Translations under genes and position numbers: made by a program
Shown: positions 54,166 to 64,000 of the stretch, in pieces
How the letters are laid out: each line of letters starts with the position of its first letter
Numbering within the stretch: the first letter of the stretch is position 1
Notes under the pieces: model-generated
What the model saw: only the letters and a program-made list of their open reading frames with translations
Told to the model about the DNA's origin: nothing
Database searches by the model: none
Assembly: GCF_902652985.1 (NCBI RefSeq)
Contig: NC_047015.1
Location: 47,244,001-47,308,000, forward strand
DNA from: Pecten maximus
Taxonomy: Eukaryota
Direction of reading: 5' to 3'
DNA: 64,000 nucleotides

Positions 54166-55119
54166 CCTTTCTATCTCTTGTCTCTCTTTAATTTGGAACT
54201 TCACATCCCCCCCCCCCCCCCCCCCCCCCCTTCTTCATGACTAGTATTGAATATCTTACCTCACTCCCCATCCCTTTAGCTAGCACTGTAACCTGTAACT
54301 GCCGATTCTTTCCCCTCTTTGCTTAAACAGACTTCTCCTCCATTTGGACTAGAACTGGACCTCCTCGGTTCCTAAAGCCTGATTAACACCTGTGCTCAGA
54401 GCTTACCTAGTGCTCTCACACCTGTGACCACTAGTTGGGCTTTCAATACCTTGATCTGGCTTGGCAGGTGATGAGGAACCGGACTGTGTTCGTGGCCTCG
54501 TCGGACATGCTGTGTAGATGTATTACTGGGGTGTGTTTCTGTTCTACTTGATTGAAGTTAATGAAAATATAATACTCCTCAGTGATGATTAGATGATTCT
54601 AACTGTTTTTTATATATACATTTGATCAGACTCAGGGTATCAGAAGAGAGCACACAGCTCGCAGTGCTACCAGTATTGGGTGACTTACATGGCTAGTGAT
54701 ACCATGTATTAGGTGGTGCTAGATTTTGGCAATGCTTGCCTCCTGTAGTGTACACAATGTAATCTCTTCCACCTGATTCCTGTCCATGCCTGCCAAAGTA
54801 TCCAAGAGAGCATGAGGCTGCTAGGCAAAACACAAGTTGATAGCATATATATAAATGGATGCTGGAGCAACGCATAGTAATAAACATAGATTCTATGAAG
54901 TTATAGTTTCAGTAAATGTGATGTTCAGTTTGATCTCAAGCACAAATTTGTGTATTATTTCAAAGAATTGTTTTCTGTATTGATTTAAATGAGTGGTTAC
55001 ATGGACACCTGAATCTTGTTCTGTTTATGGTTTATTCTGATCTCTTTGTTTTGTAAAGTCTCGTAGAGTGACTTTACCTAGAGTGATCTGGTATTCCATT
55101 AGCATTAATGACTTGTAGA

Positions 55120-55245
55120 AATCAATTAGTAAAAATTAACTCATAGTATTCAATTAGTGACTTTGCAGTTATCAATTAGTGACTTTGCAGTTATCAATTA
55201 GTGACTTACAGTAATCAATTAGTGACTTTTAGTAATCTATAATTA
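55120..55245. repeat. Short ~22-bp tandem repeat
   Basis: ATCAATTAGTGACTTTGCAGTT, 4-5 copies. Confidence 0.8.
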
Positions 55246-56474
55246 GTTTCATATACCAGTAGTGATCAATGAATATTATGTGTAAAAAAGTTGTTTTGCC
55301 AATTGTCTGGTGTGTGAGGATTTTGTGTTGCCATGTCTGGACTGTGAAAATTTTGTGTTGCCAATTGTCTGGACTGTGAAAATGTTGTCTTGCCATGTCT
55401 GGACAGTGAGAATGCCTGGACCATGAGAATTTTCTATAACTGTCTTAATTGTCTATAAACATTTTCAGATACTGTGTCTGAACTGTGAGAACTTTGCTTA
55501 CAAAGTTTCTAAAAGAAGTTTTCAAGTAATATGCGATCAACTGCTAGCTTGTTTTAAGTTTACAGAACTAAGATAAATGAGTTCAGTATGTTTGTCTTCA
55601 TAAAGCATTGTCAAAGGTCATTGTCCTGATAGATCTGTTACTCTAGGTGTGAGATCGGAGGTAAGGGGTCAGATGTGGGGTGTTTCAGGTGCTTTGGACA
55701 GGTGTGTGGTTCATAACAGTCCCCCTCCTCTACATTAATCCTCCTCCCACATCACAATAGGTTCTAGAGGCCAGTTGAGTTCACCACAGGGGGGTTATGT
55801 GTTGTAAAGCAATCTTTCATCACTTGCCTGTTCTGTTGTTGGAAGGCACACACCAGGAAACAAGTCTTTTATATTAAGTATAGGTGGCAGGTGCTAGAAA
55901 ACATTTACATGTTATGTTGCAATCCAAACCTTTTTGTACATATAGTCTTATGTACAGTTCTAGCGCTCTTCAAGCTCTTGCACTGAATACACACACATGC
56001 AAGATTAATATCACTACCTGTTCGTCTGGATCTTCCAGAGGTACCCTTATTCAATGTATAATAACTCCATTCAACTGCTCCGATACAGGGCCTGGTACTA
56101 GGCTAGCAGCTGACTTAGACATCAGCTTCCGAAACAACACTAATAGGAAATTCCCCTCCCCCAGGGCTATAGCGATGAACATTCTGGGTTGTTTTATGAG
56201 GTGTATATAACAGTATACAACAGGATTTGTTAACCTTTTCTATAGTGTTGATAAAGGCTGGGGGATGGAGAAGATTCTTTACCGATGTGTCTGCAGCTAT
56301 TCCAACTGTCTGCATACCCACTTATCTCATTGTTGACGATATTATCACAGTAGCTACAAGTGAGACATTCTCACCAACTGCAGGGAAAGCTTGATATAGG
56401 TGGTACAGACTGACAGAACTGTTCCTAAAATGTCTTCTGAAGACCAATGCAAAATCACTGTCAGACAGAATTTG

Positions 56475-56795
56475 AATTTGGGAGAGAGGGAGGGGTAAGG
56501 GGGAAGGTGACAATTTTTGAAAGAGGAATGGGTAAGGGGGGGGGGGGGGGGGCAATTTTTGAAAGAGAGAAGGGACGGGGCAATTTTGGAGAGGGGGAGG
56601 GGGAAATTTTGGAGAGAGGGAGGGAAGGGGACAATTTTTGAAAGAGGGAAGGGATGGGGGCAATTATGGAGAGAGGGAGGGGTAAAGTGGGTGGGGCAAT
56701 TTTGTAGAGAGGAAGGGGGAAGGGGACAATTTTGAAAGAGGGAGGGGTAAGGGTGAGGGGACAGTTTTGGAGATAAGGAGGGGGTTGGGGAGGGC
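56475..56795. repeat. Purine/G-rich degenerate tandem repeat
   Basis: GGGG(A/G)CAATTTT(T/G)GA(A/G)AGAGGGA...GG units, about 10 copies, with many G-runs. Confidence 0.85.
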
Positions 56796-57264
56796 ATTAG
56801 AATTCGGTGAGGAGGTGCTTGCTACACTTCATCAGTTATGACCACCTGTCAGATTGACTACCAGAATCCCCTGTAGCCTCATTACAAAGCTATGCAGGAG
56901 AGGAGATTCTAAAATAAGGTGAAAGTTGGACTTCAAATCCAACGTTCTGTTTTTAGAATACTTTCAAATTACGGTTCAGACTATCGTTAGGAAGGGAAAA
57001 TGCTAAATGTGGAATGGACATGTGCTGGTTTGAGGTTGTCCAAATAGTTTTCGTGTCTGTTATATGAATGTTCTGAGTAAGATCATTAAACTGTAGTGAA
57101 CATTTTGGCAAGTGGTGAAGTATATGGAAAATCACTTTGGATGTCTCCTATGCTTTTACTACCTACAATTACTGATAGATTATAGAGCCACACACAACCA
57201 GGTAATTAGCCTGGCCAGTGGTACCTATGACTCATGCTAACAGGATCCAATAGAAGTGCTCTGT

Positions 57265-57985
57265 GTTTCTTGTGTTCCTGTTGTTCCTGTTGTGGTTGCT
57301 GTTGTTGCTGCTCTTGTGGTTCCTGTTGTTCTTGTTGTGGTTCCTGTTGTTCTTTCCATTGTGGTTCTGAGTTGTGTCTTGTTGTTGCTAATGTTGTGGT
57401 TCCCCTTCCTGTTGTGGTTCCCCTTGTCCTTCCTGTTGTGGTTCCCCTTGTCCTTCCTGTTGTGGTTCCCCTTGTCCTTCCTGTTGTGGTTCCCCTTCCT
57501 GTTGTGGTTCCCCTTGTTCTTCCTGTTGTGGTTCCCCTTCCTGTTGTGGTTCCCCTGTTCTTCCTGTTGTGGTTCCCCTTGTTCTTCCTGTTGTGGTTCC
57601 CCTTCCTGTTGTGGTTCCCATTGTTCTTCCTGTTGTGGTTCCCCTTGTTCTTCCTATTGTGGTTCCCCATGTTCTTCCTGTTGTGGTTCCCCTGTTCTTC
57701 CTGTTGTGGTTCCCCTTGTTCTTCCTGTTGTGGTTCCCCTTCCTGTTGTGGTTCCCCTTCCTGTTGTGGTTCCCCATGTTCTTGCTGTTGTGGTTCCCCC
57801 TGTTCTTCCTGTTGTGGTTCCCCTTCCTGTTGTGGTTCCCCTTGTTCTTCCTGTTGTGGTTCCCCTTACTGTTGTGGTTCCCCTTCCTGTTGTGGTTCCC
57901 CTTCCTGTTGTGGTTCCCCTTCCTGTTGTGGTTCCCCTTGTTCTTGCTGTTGTGTTCCTGGGCTGTGGCTTTTGTTGTGGTTTCT
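57265..57985. repeat. 18/24-bp minisatellite
   Basis: TCCTGTTGTGGTTCCCCT(TGTTCT), about 30 copies, grading into a (TGT/TGC)-like microsatellite at the left edge. Confidence 0.95.
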
Positions 57986-59934
57986 ATTATACAATGAAGT
58001 AGTGATCCCATTGTAGTACTTAAATAAGTACCTGTCAATCATAGCCCTGTATATACTCCATGATAATCCTGTGGTTCCATTTAATATAGTATTCTATATG
58101 TGGTAGACATAATTGATAGGAAGGAATAATGACAGAAACAATTAACACACAAAAAAAAACCAAAACACTAACTCTTACTCTCAAAGTAAATTCCATATCT
58201 ACCACTGAACTACAGCCAGTCTAGGACCCTGAGCTTCAGTAAGCTTATCCTCTACTCTCCATTTGCCCACGTGTACTAGGGTTATAACCTCGTACCCTAT
58301 TGTACCTGGTATGTGTACCTGTACAGTAGACATGTTCTGTTGTACCTTTACATAAACAAAAAGTCATTGTCTTTTGAGATCAGTGTTACCTTGATAATGT
58401 AACTGGCCACAGACATTGTCCATTTAGGACTGAATGACCCTACACACCAGGAGATACACTAGAGAAAGCCTGGCTTAGTATGTAAGTAGGCTTATACTAG
58501 TATACTGGTCAGAATTACTGAATTGCCGTAACTCGTTACTTGTTGACCTGTCTTGGCCATCCTATCTATAAAAGGGGTGTGAAATTTAAGACAAACATGA
58601 CTCAGAATTCAACTTTCTTAAATAAATACTTGTTAGTGTTTTTGTTATTTGTTTTGTGAGCAATACTGGATGGAAGAGATCATGTGTACAACCTTAGTCA
58701 ACCAGCAGGTAATCCCAATGTCCAACAAGGTGGTCACTATGTATGGTCATCGCTCACTGAGTCGCCAAATCTGTTGGATGAACTAGCTGACAACCCTTCT
58801 GTACGATATTGAACTTCATTGCCATCCAAAATCAAGAATGAAAGGCTGTTTTTAAATTCAAAAAGAAAAAAAATGGCCTTATTATCAATTTTTATGTAAA
58901 ATGGAGGAGTATAAATTGTACAGACTAAGGGGTTGCCTAGTTCAAGCCTGGCTAGTGTGGGGAGGACAGTTTCCATTACTCCTAAACAGTATCTACACAT
59001 TTTAATTCTATGCTTAATGCTAATACATGAATATTATTTTAATTATTCTAGACACATATTAACCCTCGTGCATTGTGCATTGATTTAGGCCTTTAAGCAA
59101 ATCTAGATGAAATAGATTAATTGTACGTCTCTATGTGCTGACAAAAATACATGTTCATGATGTATGTGCCTTATGTAATATATGTCTTTATGAACCTGTG
59201 CTCTTGAACATATTGTATGACTATACAATGTTAGTGTATTGTGCAAAGCCTATGAACCTGTGTGCATTGTTTAATAAATGTTGACCTTCAAATTGCATGT
59301 TCATCGACCTATATGCCGTGGTATTATATCTTGATTCATGATGCATTGTCATAAGGGATCTTAATTCATAATGAAATATTGTGCAAAATCTGTACTATAT
59401 AATTTTTGCAAAAATGATCCATATGTTGTTGTTTTCAAGCACTAGTCATATTTTTAGAAAAATCCATAAAATGTCAAACTTGATTGAGCGGTTGTATGTA
59501 TATCTTGGGTAGATTGGTTCACTGCTTACCTAGGCAATGGATGTTTGTGAAACAATATGTCCGCCTTTACCGGGATTGTGTGGGGCCTCATTCTGGTCAT
59601 GGGATTTATTCAGAATACCGTTTTAAATCTTGGATATTGATATTTCTAACAAGGAATCATAAATATTCAGAAAATGGTCCCCAAGAGGCAAAGGACTAGC
59701 CAGGTCTGTTAACCATGGAGGAATATATTGATCAGTGAAATTCCATAAGTTAGGACCAAAGATTTTGACACTTCTCTGTGGTCGGAAACTCTCAATGGAC
59801 CTGTTGGACAATAATGATTAAGGAAGACATTTTGAACTGCCATAGATGTCTGTGAGGACTCCTCAAATAGACACCCACTGGGCACAAAGATACACCCAGA
59901 AATACCCTTGACTATATAGGTAACTGATTCCAGG

Positions 59935-60345
59935 GATAAGGTTTGGAAGGAAATTAAAAAGACTTCATTTTAATCAAATCGATAGTTTGGTGACTGTGTT
60001 AGAGGGGAAAAATCATCATCAAATATGATTAAGTACATGTACTGGAATTTTGTTTTATGAAAAAAGCTTTGATTTATGTATGAAATATAGACGAAGAAAA
60101 AATATTAGGAATTACAACTCCACTGGTTCTGTAAGAGACAACTGGTATTTTTGAGAACAGTTTTAAATGACGGGAGGGACATGTATAGGGAATATAATCA
60201 GAGAGAGAGAAGGAAATGAAGCGTGTGGCATATCAAAGTTGTTCACTATCAGACAGTTTATTTTTGGAATTTTGTTTCATGAAGAAAACAAGGTGGATCG
60301 GATTAAAATCTAGGATGCTCAAAAGTATCTGCATAAATTCATGAT
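59935..60345 (+). pseudogene. Possible ancient L1/Tx1-type LINE ORF2 C-terminal remnant
   Basis: Stop-riddled translations give DKVWKEIKKTSF (59935), QLHWFCKRQLVFL in the same frame ~59 codons later, and FIFGIL...AQKYLHK. These are reminiscent of the W..I / HLFW.C / IFG / AK.YI motifs of L1/Tx1 ORF2. The evidence is weak. Confidence 0.3.
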
Positions 60346-63300
60346 CCAAGACCTTGATAAGCACCAATAAGTTTTTGGTATAGCTGATACAGATGGTAAG
60401 CTGCTACCGTCTATCCCACTGGGGCTGCTTGCACTTTGGAAACACTGATGAACTCAGTTAGTCGGGGAAATTACATTTTCTAACCTGAAAAACAACAACA
60501 TTGGCCCAGGTATCATTGAGGCACAAACATGGACCTTTAGCTTGAATGGCTGTAGTGTGGTATAGGAATTGATTTCACAGAGACCCAACTAGCTAGCTTT
60601 AACCAGCCACCATTTACAATCCTTCTCAGCTGTTCTGTCAGTTTGGTTCCCAGACACGACAAACTGATCAATACACAATCCTAACTTCAAACTTTCAAAG
60701 ATACAATAATTTGATTTTCAAAATTTTCAATTCCATTCCTGCAAAATGTGTCTGGTTGTTGTCTCTGATGTGGCTGATTTGAGTGTGCTTTTTAAGCCTG
60801 ATGTATTTCTGCTGTATGACAAGTGCTACAAAAGATTGAACCATTTTCATCTCAATTTTAGCATAGAACCTTTGAAGGCATGATGACATTTAATCACAGA
60901 AATGTAAGTTCTAAGCAGCTGTTTAGGAACTCGGGAGCACAATGAACTAGTGGGGACTTTGTTGTCTGAGAGTGGGTATTACTTGGGTTAGGGCTCTGTC
61001 ATGTATCAACTTAAAGTGGATAGGCTGTCAGCCACAACATACAGTCTCCAGCCGACTCCTAATTAAATGTTTTAACCATCTCAACACCCTTTTATCAATG
61101 TTAAATGTAGTCTTTATTTCAAGATGATATTTTTACCATTTAAGCCAGGGACTTATTTCTTGACTGTTTTCTGATTGGCTTTTGAAAGACTGATGCTTGA
61201 TTACGTAGTCTTGTTACTCGAAGTAAAGTGTCTGCGGTAGCCATATTGTTTCAAGTTGTTAAATCCACCATTTCAGGGACTTTGCAGAATTTGCGTTATC
61301 GCAGAAAAATGATATAATTCTTTAAACCGTCTGAAAAAAAACTGACATAAATCATTATGCTCCTTGAATATTTTTTTAAAAGTTTGTGAAACATAAAGGA
61401 CGCGGTAAAACAATCTAAGTAATTAAAAACCTACAACGAACATTGTATCCTACTAGAAGATAAATTTCTGATTTAATTGAATTTCGGGAAATACTCATTT
61501 GATATATTTAGAAGTTTGAGATAAGATCGAGGCTAACAGGATACGCTATTTTCTTTGGTTGATGTTTTATCATAAAGTGCTATATTATAATGTTAAGTGA
61601 TAATCACTGACTGTAGGTAAGACCAAACAGCCCAGACATACACTTAGCTGAGGGGTATGGGCACTCGCCTAACCAGGCTACAGATGCTGGAGAGCAATCT
61701 GATGAAACATTTTCTTGTTTTAACAGGTGGTCTTGTAATCTCTGTCTGTTGACTGTATATGGCGGCTGCAGGTAGCTTACACTGTATCCCCAATGTAGAC
61801 CTAGATAAAATGAGATATGTTTTTGTCTCGTCTCTAGTAATTAGGCTCCTCCAGACGTTACTTAATTGCAACTAATCTGACACCCCTATATAGCTAGCAA
61901 CAATTAAAGAAGTGTGGAAAGTTAAGATAGAATGAAAGTGGATCTTCACAATTTTCATTATGGTCTTGAATTCATGTCCAGGAAAATATCTAAAACACAT
62001 GATAATTTAGAAATTTTGATTAATTAATTATATTTATTTTTATCTTTTAAATTCGATTTCTCAGTTGGGTCAATGATGGTTTAATTAAATAACTACATGT
62101 GAAAATTTGTCTTCATTTTGATGACGCCAAGTGCAATTTGGGATGGTGGCTCTTTCTGTATAGTTGTATTGAGTCCCTAATATGAGTGTATATTACTTTT
62201 GACAATAGGGTAGAACGATAATTGAAAGGACATTTCATGTGTTTGTGTAGCTCTATCCAACAATAGGATGGGTAAAAACGGAGATGTAACACTATCTAAT
62301 CTGAAACGTTTAGATGATCTTTCCCACCTACTGCCTGTAACAGTACTCTAGGTCAATAGAGAGCTTGGATGGTAGTTTTGATTTTCAGTGTAAAAGATAC
62401 GTGATAATTAAACCAAATAATTACAGGTCCAATATCTTACTGGGAGCTCAAGTTCAGCCAATCAAAGAGACGGTTAAACCAACCGAAAAAGTATGTGTGT
62501 GCCTAAACAACATAGCGACAAGAGTTGTTATAGTTTTCCTCTCAAATGTCTATTTCAATTTTTCTATCAAAAATACCTGAAGGTTCACATAAACATAAAA
62601 GTTTGGCACATTTCACATTTCACATTTTTGTCAGCCAGAACAAATAGCATGCAACATGACGACTGACAATCGTACAATTTTAAACAACATTACAGACAGG
62701 CATTGAAGGAGTTTGTTTTAAGACTTAAATTTTTCTATACAGAAAGGATTAAATATCTTTTATGGAATTTGTACTTGAACTTATGCAATTCTTGTGAAAC
62801 CTTGGTGTTGGGAAGTTAGGGACAGGAAAATGGAGGAGCTGAATTCACAAGGTAGGGCTGGTGTTATAGTGCCACAGTACTTACTTTGTCGAATTTTACT
62901 TAACACAAGGGCAGGAGGTATATAAAGAGGTATATAGATGTTTGTTGCAGTGAATTTAACTGTTTGTCAACAATACAGTGACCACTAAATAACGCGATAG
63001 GGTAGGGTGCGATTCCGTTGGTACTTGACCTGGTGAAGTGATTTGAACTATGGAAAGCAGATGTGATGGGGCATTATATGGTATACTGCACTTGTAAGGA
63101 TTTTTGTAAGGACAACCTTGCCCCTTTACAGTGATGCACAAAGCTTATAGGGACACAACTTGGCCCTTTATTTATATATATATATATATATATATTTACC
63201 TGGCAATCTTTTCATTGAAGGCTTGAATTACTTCACATAACATCAGATTGTTACTTCATTAATTAGCAGTTATCTGTGTTTAATCGTCTATTAATCCTGA

Positions 63301-63459
63301 TATTACTGTTCCTCCTTCACTTTCCCTCTTGTATTTGCTGATGTAGCTGTCCCCACACCCTACTCCCTCCCTTGTGTATGGTAACACCTACATGTACCCC
63401 CTACCCTCTGTATGTGCTGGAATACTGCTCTCCTGGCCTCTTCCTTCAACCCCCTTCCA

Positions 63460-63780
63460 ATATGTACTGATTTATCTGCCCCCTGCTACCCCCTACACAC
63501 ATTTGTACTGATGTATCTGCCCCCCTGCTACCTCCTACACACATTTTTACGGATGTATCTGCCCCCTGCTACCCCTACAAACATTTATACTGATGTGTCT
63601 GCCCCCTGCTACCCCTACAAACATTTATACTGATGTATCTGCCCCCTGCTACCCCTACAAACATTTTTCCTGATTTATCTACCCCCTGCTACCCCCTACA
63701 AAGATTTTTACTGATGGATCTGCCCTCTCCTACCCCCTACATACTTTTGTAACGATGTAAATGCCCCTTTTATGCCAGTC
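63460..63780. repeat. ~40-bp C-rich minisatellite
   Basis: TACTGATGTATCTGCCCCCTGCTACCCCTACAAACATTTA, about 7 copies. Confidence 0.9.
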
Positions 63781-63909
63781 TGCATAGCTGGTATAATAGT
63801 CCTACCCCCTCCCTTTTTGCCCCTCCCACCCCTTTACATAAAAGTGGAGTGCCTCTCCTACCCCCTATTCATCACTGTATACATTTATGTTACTGCCCCC
63901 TTCAACCCC

Positions 63910-64000
63910 TTACCTATCCCTATATGTACTGACCCCGCCCCCTCTATCCCTATATGTACTGACCCCGCCCCCTCTATCCCTATAGGTACTGACCCCGCCC
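63910..64000. repeat. 30-bp tandem repeat running off the 3' end of the window
   Basis: GACCCCGCCCCCTCTATCCCTATATGTACT, about 3 copies; each contains the GC box CCCCGCCCC. Confidence 0.85.

Larger units (their letters stand above)
43850..64000 (+). other. Probable first intron of the neuregulin-like gene (>20 kb; next exon not found in window)
   Basis: GT donor at 43850. No recognisable Ig or EGF exon appears downstream, and the sequence is visibly CpG-depleted from ~44.6 kb onward. Confidence 0.6.

Noticed and set aside
57206-58038. Cys-rich ORF resembling a metallothionein or keratin-associated protein (CCGSPCSS)
   Set aside because: This is a translation of an 18/24-bp minisatellite that is open in several frames on both strands, with frame-shifting 23-bp units.

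Overview
AT-rich, repeat-dense eukaryotic DNA, most likely from a bivalve mollusc. This is inferred from V-domain and Meta-domain tRNA-derived SINEs of the kind described in bivalves. It is not prokaryotic: there are no operons, no CRISPR array and no rRNA. About a third of the window is tandem minisatellite or satellite (roughly 20 separate arrays, units 18-75 bp), and nearly all long ORFs in the ORF track are translations of these repeats. One convincing coding exon is present, 43411-43849 (+). It encodes a signal peptide plus an NtA/OB-fold-like N-terminal domain resembling the N-terminus of neuregulin-2/type II NRG1/Vein-like EGF-family ligands, and ends at a phase-1 GT donor. The remaining ~20 kb appears to be its CpG-depleted first intron. 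Upstream lie four SINE copies, several foldback/MITE elements (including a 74-bp near-perfect hairpin inserted inside a SINE with a ~10-bp TSD), a satellite whose unit is a RORE-type half-site overlapping an IR1 nuclear-receptor element, and a satellite carrying a CACGTG E-box in most units. I found no evidence for a novel multi-gene system. The most interesting leads are regulatory-motif satellites and nested mobile elements near a growth-factor-like gene. All counts were made by eye and are approximate.
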